Shown here one piece after another: positions 18,167 to 27,230 of a DNA stretch of 60,638 nt (its first letter is position 1; the number at the start of each line of letters is the position of its first letter). The notes below the pieces were generated by a model. That model was given only the letters and a program-made list of their open reading frames with translations. It was not told the DNA's origin and searched no databases. Where the stretch lies: the IMG/VR virus record IMGVR_UViG_3300045988_153078. One strand, written 5' to 3'. Both the position numbers and the translations under genes were made by a program. The stretch comes from a virus.

Positions 18167-19570
18167 ATGAAACGAACTATTTTATTGTTACTATCTATTG
18201 TTTCTGTTCTGTCATTAGCTTCTTGCGGTGATGATGACAAACCTGTTGTACAATCTATTGAAATTTCTAAAAGTGAAGCTTCAGTAAAGGTTGGAGAAAA
18301 AATAACTCTTACTGTCAGTCATTCGCCGGCAGATTTACCTGCTCCCGAATATGAATGGAATTCTTCTGATGAAACAATTGCAACTGTTGAAAACGGTATT
18401 GTTTATGGAAAGTCTGTTGGAGAGGTTACTATATCAGTTTCTTCTTTTAATCTAAAATTGAAAGATATATGTAAGGTCACTGTAACTCCAATTGAAGCAA
18501 CTGGTATCAAACTATCTGAGAGCGAGAAGATGATGACTACCGGTGAATCATTCCGTTTGGAGTATACGATAGAACCTGAAAATACTACCAACAAAGAAGT
18601 GGAATGGGAGTCTTCGGATAAAACTATAGCAACGGTTAATGCAGATGGCGAGGTTACAGCCGTTTCCGATGGTGAATGTACTATTACAGTCAAAGTCAAA
18701 GGAAGTGATACCTCCGCCAAATGTGTTGTTAAAGTGAATCCTATTAAGGTTACAGGAGTTACATTGAATGAAACAACTAAATCTATTGAAGCCGGCGAGT
18801 CATTTACTCTGACAGCTACTGTATCTCCCGAAAATGCAAAGGACAAAAGTATCAAATGGTCTTCCAGCGATCCTAATATTGCAAAGGTAGAAGACGGATT
18901 GGTGACTGCATTGGCAAAAGGTACATGTAACATAATTGCCACTACTAATGATGGGAATTTTAAAGCGCAGTGTACTGTGAATGTTTTGCCTCCTTCAGTA
19001 AAAGGAGTTCAGTTTACTGAATCCTCTATTAAGATATTGAATGGAGAAAATTACACATTAACATATTCTATTTTGCCTGAAAATGCAGAGAATAAAAATG
19101 TAAAATTTAGCAGTTCTGCACCCAACATTGTTTCTGTAGACAATAATGGAAAGGTTACAGCATTGAAGGAAGGCACTTCTACAATAACAATAACTACAGA
19201 AGATGGTGGACATACCGCTACTTGCGAAGTAATATCTCCTGGAATTACAGACTTTATTAATTTAAATATTTCTGGGGGTTCAGGAGCAGGACTTGTTATT
19301 ATTAATGGTTATATAACTGGTTCTTTGTATTGCCATATTACGAATACAAGCTCTAAAGAAATATCTCTTACTAAGTTTGAGGTAAAAGATGGATCAACAG
19401 GAAGCATCGTATTATACACTGACGAAGCCTCTAAACTGGGCTCTCTTAAGTCAGGGCAATCAACTAATCTTGGTGGTCAGATGAGGTATGTTTACCTTCC
19501 TATATTCACTTGGACATTTACCTATGAGGGTAAAGAGTATCAAGTATCTGAACAATATAAATCTTACTAA
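18167..19570 (+). CDS. Lipoprotein with four tandem Big_2 (bacterial Ig-like) repeats and a distinct C-terminal domain
   Basis: Signal peptide plus lipobox LLSIVSVLSLASC. Four repeats of about 85-90 aa, each with the pattern E..W.SSD..IA.V...G.VTA...G...I. Confidence 0.8.
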   Translation: MKRTILLLLSIVSVLSLASCGDDDKPVVQSIEISKSEASVKVGEKITLTVSHSPADLPAPEYEWNSSDETIATVENGIVYGKSVGEVTISVSSFNLKLKDICKVTVTPIEATGIKLSESEKMMTTGESFRLEYTIEPENTTNKEVEWESSDKTIATVNADGEVTAVSDGECTITVKVKGSDTSAKCVVKVNPIKVTGVTLNETTKSIEAGESFTLTATVSPENAKDKSIKWSSSDPNIAKVEDGLVTALAKGTCNIIATTNDGNFKAQCTVNVLPPSVKGVQFTESSIKILNGENYTLTYSILPENAENKNVKFSSSAPNIVSVDNNGKVTALKEGTSTITITTEDGGHTATCEVISPGITDFINLNISGGSGAGLVIINGYITGSLYCHITNTSSKEISLTKFEVKDGSTGSIVLYTDEASKLGSLKSGQSTNLGGQMRYVYLPIFTWTFTYEGKEYQVSEQYKSY

Positions 19571-19583
19571 TATCTTTTTTTCA

Positions 19584-19609
19584 GGCCGGGAGCAATCCCG
19601 GCCTTTTTT
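19584..19609. terminator. Bidirectional rho-independent terminator between convergent genes
   Basis: ggccggg-agcaat-cccggcc flanked by T-runs on both sides. Confidence 0.8.
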
Positions 19610-19706
19610 ATATCTTATCTGTTAGCTGATAAAAAAGGCAATGGAACCTAAATTCCATCGCCTTGAATATGCCTCCAAAGAGGTCTCGTGTAAACAAATG
19701 CCGAAA

Positions 19707-20111
19707 TTAAAGTTGTACCGCCAGCATTTCTCTCGCTGCCCGGTGTATGGCTTCCTCTATCTTAGCTTTTTGTGCCTCGGAAGCAAACGCTATCCTCTGC
19801 TTGTACTGGCGCATCAAAGAGGGATTAATGCCTGCGTACTTTGCAAAAGTAGATACGCTTATAAACTTGAAATTATCAAAGAATGAAGCTATATCATACT
19901 TATACTCAAACTCTACATTCTTCAGTTCCTCTGGCACTTCATTACCTTGCTCTTTAAGCATGGTAATATAGTCATCAATACATTCATGTAGTGATCGTTT
20001 GGCTTCATCAACGCTTTTTCCTTGACCGTTCAAGTTAAAACCGTCAAATTCCGGAACATAGACACTTATTGTCTTGTCGTCCCACATTTCAACAATAGCA
20101 ACCGTTTTCAT
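19707..20111 (-). CDS. hicB: HicB-family antitoxin
   Basis: The N-terminus (KTVAIVEMWDDKTISVYVPEFDGFNLNGQGKSVDEAKRSLHECI) is HicB/UPF0150-like. The C-terminus is HTH-like. Lies immediately downstream of hicA. Confidence 0.7.
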   Translation of the reverse strand: MKTVAIVEMWDDKTISVYVPEFDGFNLNGQGKSVDEAKRSLHECIDDYITMLKEQGNEVPEELKNVEFEYKYDIASFFDNFKFISVSTFAKYAGINPSLMRQYKQRIAFASEAQKAKIEEAIHRAAREMLAVQL

Positions 20112-20151
20112 ATTCCATTTATTTTATAATTCCGGTAAACAAATGTGCGGG

Positions 20152-20349
20152 TCATTTAAGACCCGCATCTTTCATCATGCTGTTAAGAGTGCCGCCTTTT
20201 ATCTCTTGAGAACCATGCCTGCCCACTCGGAAGTATTTTCCCGTTTTCGGACTGTACCATACGTCATGTTCTTTGCCGTGACTCACGAAATAGCAGCCTA
20301 TCTTTGCAGCCTTCTTTAAGAACTCTGTTGTTTTCATTTCAAAGAGCAT
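20152..20349 (-). CDS. hicA: HicA-family mRNA interferase toxin
   Basis: SHGKEHDVWYSP...RHGSQEIKGGTLNSMMKDAGL matches the HicA pattern (gsH...H...i..gtl..i.k.aGl). A minus-strand TAtaTTTG box lies within the palindrome caaatat-aac-atatttg at about 20362-20378. Confidence 0.75.
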   Translation of the reverse strand: MLFEMKTTEFLKKAAKIGCYFVSHGKEHDVWYSPKTGKYFRVGRHGSQEIKGGTLNSMMKDAGLK

Positions 20350-20747
20350 TTGTTTACGGGTGCAAATATAACATATTTGTTATAAATATAATAATAATAG
20401 AACATGTTTTTAAGCACACTTGGATGGTAAAGGACCCAAACCTTTTTATTTTTTAGTCAGTATCTCAGTAAGTAACAGTTACATTTTGTTTGTTTATAAT
20501 ATTCTTTAGTTTGTTTGTTTACTTACTTAATTCTATTATAAACCAATCTGTTAAATGAAATAAAAATAATAAATTCCATAAATAAAAAGTATATTGTTTA
20601 GGTAAATAATCAATAATATTATCTATATTTGCAGTGGAGAGTATCCACGGCATATAAAGGTATATGCTACCGTAAATCATAAAAGAACGAAAATACATAA
20701 AAACGGGAGTGGGTACGCCTTTGGGTGTATCCACTCTTTTTGCATAT

Positions 20748-22028
20748 ATGGGTAGCTGGTTTTCAAAAAAGGCAATGAATATGACCGATAAGGTTAATGT
20801 GGTTGAGAAGAGAGGTAATGATACATTCTATCTTACCAATCTTTTTGACTCGAAAGGTGCCATCTGGAAGACGGACTTTAATATGTCCCAAGCCATGGAT
20901 AAAGAAAACGCCTTGTTGTATTGTACTCCGTTCGCTACCGTTATAAGGAAGGTGGGAGCCATGTTTGCAAACGGAAGGGTTTACCTGACAGACTCAGAGG
21001 GTAACGATGTCACAGATCCGAAGCTGACCGCCTTGTTTAAGAAACCTAATCCGCTTCAAAATTCCATCGCCTTCTTCTCTCAAATAGAAATGGTTCTCCG
21101 GACGTATGGATACTGCCCTATATACACCAACCGTATTTTCAAGAAAGGTATTCCTCGGACGATGTGGATCATCCATCCCATGCATTTCCATCTGACCGGT
21201 ACCGGGAAATCTCTGGACCAGGTAGATCTGGACGGAATAGTCAAGGAGGCGTACGTTGAGTGCGGGACTGAGAAAAAGGTCCTTAACAAGGAGGAGTATT
21301 TTATCATTTACGACAGTGATATCCATATTCCTTGCAATGAAGGTGATGAGATAACGTTCGGTACGGCCGTAGACAGTTTGTCTATCCCTGTTTCAAACTG
21401 GATGGTTTCTATGCAGGCAAGTAATTCCCTGATAACGAATGGAGGCCCCAAAGGGATCATTTACAATAACGATAACAGTGAGACAGGTAACGCTTCGCTG
21501 AATTCAACCGAACAGGAATCACTTCTTGATAGATTCAAGCGGAAGTACGGGTTGATGAAAAGTCAGTTCCAGATTGCTGTCTCCCGTGCTAAATTAGGAT
21601 GGATTCCTTTGAATTATAATTCTGACCAGTTGAAACTTCATGAAGAGGATAAGAGGTGTACTGAAAAGATCGCTAATGCTATCGGTCTTAACCCGAGCCT
21701 TTTTAACGAAAGTAGGTTTGAGAACCAGGAATCGGCTAAACGTGCCGGTTACCAGGACTTGATCATACCTAACTCAGAAATAATATCGGAGGCTTTTACG
21801 GAAAATGTTTGTCCGGAAGGCACTATTATGAAAATTGATTTTTCGCATGTGGAATGTTTGCAGACGGATAAGAGTAAGTCTTCGGAAGTATTGCAAAGGG
21901 TAATGGATTCCATGATTAAGGGTAAACAAGCCGGTCTTATTACGGGGGATGAAGGAAGAAGCATCTTAGCTGAATATATAGATATTGATCCTGAAAAACC
22001 TAAAGGAGAATATGGAAACGAAGAATAA
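20748..22028 (+). CDS. Portal protein (HK97-type by synteny)
   Basis: About 430-aa ORF directly upstream of the prohead protease and major capsid genes. TAtaTTTG box at about 20624. The track start is a GTG at 20709; the first ATG is at 20748. Confidence 0.7.
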   Translation: MGSWFSKKAMNMTDKVNVVEKRGNDTFYLTNLFDSKGAIWKTDFNMSQAMDKENALLYCTPFATVIRKVGAMFANGRVYLTDSEGNDVTDPKLTALFKKPNPLQNSIAFFSQIEMVLRTYGYCPIYTNRIFKKGIPRTMWIIHPMHFHLTGTGKSLDQVDLDGIVKEAYVECGTEKKVLNKEEYFIIYDSDIHIPCNEGDEITFGTAVDSLSIPVSNWMVSMQASNSLITNGGPKGIIYNNDNSETGNASLNSTEQESLLDRFKRKYGLMKSQFQIAVSRAKLGWIPLNYNSDQLKLHEEDKRCTEKIANAIGLNPSLFNESRFENQESAKRAGYQDLIIPNSEIISEAFTENVCPEGTIMKIDFSHVECLQTDKSKSSEVLQRVMDSMIKGKQAGLITGDEGRSILAEYIDIDPEKPKGEYGNEE

Positions 22029-22752
22029 ATATAAAGGTAGAATTGGCAAGCAGACTAAGTCCTTTTCGTTTGAGACAAAGGATTTGTCAATTGACAGCGG
22101 AAGCCGGAAGATCTCGGGATATGCTGCCATATTTGGCAATATAGACAAGTCCGGAGATATGCTTATAAAAGGATGCTTCTCAAAAAGTATCCAGGACAGG
22201 GGACCGGAAAGTCCGGCTAATGATAAGATCATATTTCTGTGGATGCATGATATGAGTGAGCCTATAGGCCGTTTAACTGCATTGCGTGAAGATGAAAAGG
22301 GCCTGTATTTTGAGGCTTTGATTGACGATGTGGAACGTGGTAACCAGACTTTGACACAGCTTGAATCCGGAACACTGAACCAATTCTCTATCGGTTATAG
22401 ATACGTTTGGGAGAAATGTGAGTGGGATGAAGAAAGAGATTGCCTGATCGTAAAAGAGGTTGTCCTTTATGAAATCTCTGTTGTCTCAATCGGTGCCAAT
22501 GGTGAAACGGAATATCTGGGATTAAAGTCAGAAGAGGATTATCAAGACCGATATTGTGAATTGGTATCCGACATCGACGTCTTATGTAAAGGACTTAACG
22601 TCATAAAACAACAAGAGTTACAAAGGATCATTGCTAAAGCTATGTCACTTGCTTCTGCAAGGCCGGAAAGCAATCCGCCAGCAAAGGAAGCCGACGTACG
22701 TGGTAATAAGTCCATGTTTAATAAATTAAAACTAAAACAGGATTGCTTATGA
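22012..22752 (+). CDS. HK97-family prohead protease
   Basis: ISGYAAIFGNIDKSGDMLIKGCFSKSI, LWMHD..EPIGR, FSIGY. aaggag lies upstream of ATG 22012. Confidence 0.8.
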   Translation: METKNKYKGRIGKQTKSFSFETKDLSIDSGSRKISGYAAIFGNIDKSGDMLIKGCFSKSIQDRGPESPANDKIIFLWMHDMSEPIGRLTALREDEKGLYFEALIDDVERGNQTLTQLESGTLNQFSIGYRYVWEKCEWDEERDCLIVKEVVLYEISVVSIGANGETEYLGLKSEEDYQDRYCELVSDIDVLCKGLNVIKQQELQRIIAKAMSLASARPESNPPAKEADVRGNKSMFNKLKLKQDCL

Positions 22753-24107
22753 AATTAGGATTTTTGGACCTTATTGACACAAAGGGAATGTCTGAGGATG
22801 ACAAAAAAGTATGGGAGAAGATGGACAGCGCCTTGGCTGATTCTATCGATAAGGAGATAGGAGAGAAGATCAAGTCTTACCTTAACGATGAACTGAAAAT
22901 TGAGGATCTGCGTACATCTATTACTGAAGCGGTAAAATCGATCAGCGATTTCAAGAAAGAGAATAGCGAAAGGGCAGTTGATAAGAAAACGTTTGATGAA
23001 ACCATCAACAGTATCGAGGAAAGCCTTATCCGGATCAAGGCCGCTACGGAAAAGACCGGGAACGGTGAAATTGCTCTTAAGAGCATTGATAAACAGATTG
23101 AGGAACAACTGAAGGACTTTATCACGATTGAGAAAGGTGCCAAAGTGGTTGACTTGAAAGGTGCATGTAAAGCGTCTGCCGGTTATAAGAAAAGCATTAA
23201 TCTGGTACTGGACAGCAAAGCTGTTTCTACAGTAACCAGTACAGGCATTGCACCGCATTATAACAATACGGTAGATACAACTCTTTCTGTAGATCCGAAA
23301 GCTGAAACAGTGATTCGAAGATATGCAAATGTAGCAAGTATCAGTACGCGTTCGTTGACTTATGCCGAGTTCAAACCGGGTGAGGGTGATGCCAAATGGG
23401 TACCTGAAGGCGGACTGAAACCTAATATGGACGCAACACTTTCGGAAAAGAGCATTACTGCCGGCAAGGTTGCGTTGACTGTGAAGCTTACAGAGGAGAC
23501 TTTGACCGATTTGCCTCAGTTGGTAGCGGAGATCAGAGCGGAAATCATTAACCGTATCGGCATTACAGAAGAAGCGGGAATTATTTCTGGTACCGGAGCG
23601 GACGGACAGATTACAGGTGTATTTAAAGATCTTCCTTCATTCTCGCTTACCGGATTCAAAGTAGCTAAATCGCCCAATATGTATGATGCCATTGTAGCGG
23701 CATATACTCAGATTCTTTCTACAAGCAAGATGAATTATCGTCCTAACCTTGTATTGATGAATCCGATCGATTATGCGATGATGCAGCTTGAAAAGGATGC
23801 AAACGGACAATACTTGCGGCCGTTCCGTGTAGGTGATGAACTTATCAGAGGACTCGCGGTGGAAACGTCTACCGCCATCGAACAGGGTAAGTTCCGTATC
23901 GGTGATTTCAATTACCTGAATATTCGAGACTTGGTTCAACTGACCATTACTTTTGGTTGGGAAAACGACGACTTCACGAAGAACCTTGTAACCATGATCG
24001 GTGAAAAACGATTGATGGCATATGTAAAAGCGCAGTATAAAACTGCATTTGTGAGTGATTCATTTACTACGGTAATGGAGGCTATTTCTCCTTCAGTTGG
24101 TGGTTAA
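22749..24107 (+). CDS. Major capsid protein (HK97 fold) with an N-terminal coiled-coil delta domain
   Basis: Position after the protease, ATGA overlap, charged coiled-coil N-terminus of about 110 aa followed by a capsid-like body. Confidence 0.8.
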   Translation: MKLGFLDLIDTKGMSEDDKKVWEKMDSALADSIDKEIGEKIKSYLNDELKIEDLRTSITEAVKSISDFKKENSERAVDKKTFDETINSIEESLIRIKAATEKTGNGEIALKSIDKQIEEQLKDFITIEKGAKVVDLKGACKASAGYKKSINLVLDSKAVSTVTSTGIAPHYNNTVDTTLSVDPKAETVIRRYANVASISTRSLTYAEFKPGEGDAKWVPEGGLKPNMDATLSEKSITAGKVALTVKLTEETLTDLPQLVAEIRAEIINRIGITEEAGIISGTGADGQITGVFKDLPSFSLTGFKVAKSPNMYDAIVAAYTQILSTSKMNYRPNLVLMNPIDYAMMQLEKDANGQYLRPFRVGDELIRGLAVETSTAIEQGKFRIGDFNYLNIRDLVQLTITFGWENDDFTKNLVTMIGEKRLMAYVKAQYKTAFVSDSFTTVMEAISPSVGG

Positions 24108-24125
24108 ACATAAAGTAGGATAAAT

Positions 24126-24353
24126 ATGGGAAAAGAGTATAACATGGACCTTCATAAGCAGTATGAGGTTGAATTCATTAAAGACGTGAATTTCTTCAAG
24201 AAGGGGGATAAAACGAGTGTGAATATGCCGCTGGCGAGTAAGTTTTTCAAGGAAGGGAAAATCCGGGTGCCTAATAATCTGATGCAGGATGCAAAAGAGC
24301 TCGGATGTGAAGAACTGTTCGTTAAACCGGGTGATAATAAATTAAAAGAATAG
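24126..24353 (+). CDS. Hypothetical head-module protein
   Basis: 75-aa ORF after the capsid gene. Confidence 0.5.
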   Translation: MGKEYNMDLHKQYEVEFIKDVNFFKKGDKTSVNMPLASKFFKEGKIRVPNNLMQDAKELGCEELFVKPGDNKLKE

Positions 24354-24357
24354 TTAT

Positions 24358-24858
24358 ATGATAATTGACGGTACATACTTTAAGGGGACAATATCTATAG
24401 ATGGCTTGAATGTGGATACGGGGGCTCCTTCTATTACCCGTACTTCCATGGAAGACTATCTTAATAGTTTCATTGATACCTATGAGAAAGAGTATCTGAA
24501 ATTGGTGTTGGGAATGGATATGTGCCGTCAATTCATAAACTATCTGAAGGAGAACGGAGATAAAATTGATAAATGGGAGAGGTTGAAGGAATTTCTGGCC
24601 AAAGACGGTAAAAGCCCAATCGCTAACTATGTATTCTTTTACTTTGTAAGGAGAAACAACGTACATGTAAGTGGTGTAGGCACAACCGGCTCTGCGGATG
24701 AAGAACAGGCTGATCCTAATGTGGTCCTGATTCCGGCATGGAATGAAATGGTTGAGATGAATTATGATCTGCTTGATTTCTTATGCAAGGATGACAGCTA
24801 CGACGGGTTTTCGTTTGACCGTTCAATGTTGGAAGAGATTAACTTGTTTGGCTTATGA
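24358..24858 (+). CDS. Head-tail joining module protein (by position)
   Basis: 166-aa ORF, packed tightly. Confidence 0.5.
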   Translation: MIIDGTYFKGTISIDGLNVDTGAPSITRTSMEDYLNSFIDTYEKEYLKLVLGMDMCRQFINYLKENGDKIDKWERLKEFLAKDGKSPIANYVFFYFVRRNNVHVSGVGTTGSADEEQADPNVVLIPAWNEMVEMNYDLLDFLCKDDSYDGFSFDRSMLEEINLFGL

Positions 24859-25370
24859 TCGTAATAACGGATATATTCAGGGGAATAGTGGAACGCGTAT
24901 CAAAAGAGTATGGAAAGCATATCTCTTACATGTTCGGGGATTGGAATTATATTTCTGACCAGCTATTGATATGGAGTAAATCAAATGCCACTGCAAAATT
25001 GAAATATCCGGCCATATTTCTTTATTCTCCGATTGAGGAGGATAGGACCGATAAAAAATGGAAAATGTCACTTAGCCTTTTGCTTGTTGTAAATACACTC
25101 CCTTCATATACCAACGAGGAACGTTCGCGTATATCATTTGCCGAATGTCTCAGACCGATTTACGAGATATTGATCAAAGAGATCGGTAAAGAGCCGACTT
25201 TTGATATTATAAAGAATGTCCCTCACATGTATATCGAGAATTACCGATATGGTAAGGCAGGAGTTACTGGACCGGACGGGAAGCCATTTAAAGATTATAT
25301 CGACGGGATAAATATTAAGAATTTACAGATCACATTAAAAAAAGAAAAGTGTTATGGCGATAGAATTTAG
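24855..25370 (+). CDS. Head-tail joining module protein (by position)
   Basis: 171-aa ORF, ATGA overlap. Confidence 0.5.
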   Translation: MIVITDIFRGIVERVSKEYGKHISYMFGDWNYISDQLLIWSKSNATAKLKYPAIFLYSPIEEDRTDKKWKMSLSLLLVVNTLPSYTNEERSRISFAECLRPIYEILIKEIGKEPTFDIIKNVPHMYIENYRYGKAGVTGPDGKPFKDYIDGINIKNLQITLKKEKCYGDRI

Positions 25371-26211
25371 AGAATGTAAGGGGCAGGAAGACTTTAATAC
25401 CGGAAGGTCAAAGTGTGTTCTTGATCCTGGTAAGATTAAAGCGGTAATCCTTATTCCACGTGGTTTTAAAATCCCGAACGGACTGACCGCAGATAAGTTA
25501 GAAGAGTTGTGTCATGCAGACCGACCCAACCGTATTTATCCGATAAAGACGGTTGAGGAGTTTGCTCCTACTGGTGGTGAGGCCAACGTAAATGCAACCG
25601 GCTATGGTGGAAATAAAATCACCGGATATTCAGCTTATACAGCGGCGCTTACTCTGGATAATTATGATGCCAGCCTTAAAGCCAATCTTATGATGGCAAA
25701 AGGAGTGGAATTTGACGGAGTAATTGTTGATGAAGATAATGTGTTGTTCGGAACGAATCGCAATACTACGGGATTGAGTGGTATCCCGCTTTCGGGAGTA
25801 TATCCGAGTGGCCAGGATTGGGATTCTTCCGGTCAGGAGGCCAATCTGGTCGTAAACCTGATGTTTAAGGATTACGAGAAATACATCAAGACAGCAGACA
25901 TCATGGCCCTGACGTTTGATGTAGTGGAAGCATTGAAAGGGCTTGTGTTCGTTGACCTGGTGAAAGTGGGAGAGAATAAGTACAAGTTGATTGAGCACTT
26001 CGGAGGACTTAATGTTACAGGGTATTATGCGGATGCTCTTTCTAAAAGTGCCGAAAAAAGTTTCGACGGTGGTGTATCTGCTATTACCTACGATAATGGT
26101 GAATTGACTGTCACCGCTACAGGAACTCCTTCTTTGAAGAAGCCTTCTGAACTTCAAAAAAACGGTATTGTCGGTATTGAGCAGAAAGAATCGTATGATT
26201 CAAGTCTTTAA
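25354..26211 (+). CDS. Candidate major tail protein (by position and size)
   Basis: 285-aa ORF between the head-completion genes and the tape measure. Confidence 0.45.
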   Translation: MAIEFRECKGQEDFNTGRSKCVLDPGKIKAVILIPRGFKIPNGLTADKLEELCHADRPNRIYPIKTVEEFAPTGGEANVNATGYGGNKITGYSAYTAALTLDNYDASLKANLMMAKGVEFDGVIVDEDNVLFGTNRNTTGLSGIPLSGVYPSGQDWDSSGQEANLVVNLMFKDYEKYIKTADIMALTFDVVEALKGLVFVDLVKVGENKYKLIEHFGGLNVTGYYADALSKSAEKSFDGGVSAITYDNGELTVTATGTPSLKKPSELQKNGIVGIEQKESYDSSL

Positions 26212-26230
26212 CTTATAAATACAATACAAC

Positions 26231-26416
26231 ATGATTGTAGAAGGCGTGAATTTCATAGAAAACGAGGTCGTGAAGTGGAAACGAAAGGACTTTATCGATA
26301 CTCACAAAAAAATATTCTTCTTGAACAGGGAAGAATTTGAGAGAGAAAAGATTCTGGGTGATATCTATGACCGGATAAAGGGAATACTTCCGGATAAGGG
26401 TAAGATGATTGATTGA
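26231..26416 (+). CDS. Hypothetical protein
   Basis: 61-aa ORF. Confidence 0.4.
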   Translation: MIVEGVNFIENEVVKWKRKDFIDTHKKIFFLNREEFEREKILGDIYDRIKGILPDKGKMID

Positions 26417-26471
26417 CAGGGTGAAGGGGATGGATTTTTATTAGTTCATCCCCTTTTAAATTACATGGGAT

Positions 26472-26996
26472 ATGGCAACATTAAGCGATGCGGCTGATAA
26501 TTTTAAACTGTTTGTTGGAGGACTTGAGAAAGTTGTAAAACACACAATTCAGAGTAATGCTGATTTGGTGCAGGACTTTATCCGGCAACAATTGTATTCA
26601 GGGGTGAACGGTCGTGGCAAACCTTTAAGGCCAACTTATCTCAATGATCCTTTTTTTAATTCGGAAGATGCGGGCAGATGGTTCCATAACGCTGAAGGCT
26701 ATATGAAATGGAAAATGGAGAAAACACCCCCGACTCCTTCTTATCTATTCTTGCCACCACGTGATATGAAAACTCCAAACCTTATAATCCGTGGAGACTA
26801 TTATTCTTCTATTACTGCTATCCCAATTGATGACGGATTGAGGATAGAGTCTGTCGGAGTCTCTTTTGGGGATGATATTGAAAAGAAATACGGCAGTATA
26901 ATACTGGCCGTAGGACCCGAAGCATTGGGGCATTTTATGGTTCATTTTATGAATCCCGCATTACGGGAATATTATGCAAAATTCGGTATACTGTGA
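26472..26996 (+). CDS. Tail-module protein (possible assembly chaperone)
   Basis: 174-aa ORF immediately upstream of the tape measure region. Confidence 0.45.
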   Translation: MATLSDAADNFKLFVGGLEKVVKHTIQSNADLVQDFIRQQLYSGVNGRGKPLRPTYLNDPFFNSEDAGRWFHNAEGYMKWKMEKTPPTPSYLFLPPRDMKTPNLIIRGDYYSSITAIPIDDGLRIESVGVSFGDDIEKKYGSIILAVGPEALGHFMVHFMNPALREYYAKFGIL

Positions 26997-27178
26997 GCTG
27001 TTGGTGTGATAATAAAAAAAGGATGCAGGATATAGAGAGAGTCCGAAGTCTTGCACGCATAGCTGCCAAGATGGATCACTCTGTGTATGTGCTGTATGAA
27101 AGGAAAGACGGAACCTTTGATTTTCTACCGGAAGGTATTGAATTCTATGGAACGTTTGTTGAATTGGTATTTTATTAG
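26993..27178 (+). CDS. Small ORF in the -1 frame relative to 26472-26996
   Basis: GTG start. Its frame is open from 26882, which overlaps the end of the upstream gene. Confidence 0.35.
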   Translation: MSCWCDNKKRMQDIERVRSLARIAAKMDHSVYVLYERKDGTFDFLPEGIEFYGTFVELVFY

Positions 27179-27230
27179 AATAAGAAGTAATAACCATCGT
27201 GTGAAGGGGCACGATACAAAATTTTAAATT

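Noticed and set aside
20519-20734. 71-aa minus-strand ORF between hicA and the portal
   Set aside because: It covers the AT-rich promoter region (TAtaTTTG at about 20624) and overlaps the portal start. It looks like a chance ORF in AT-rich sequence.
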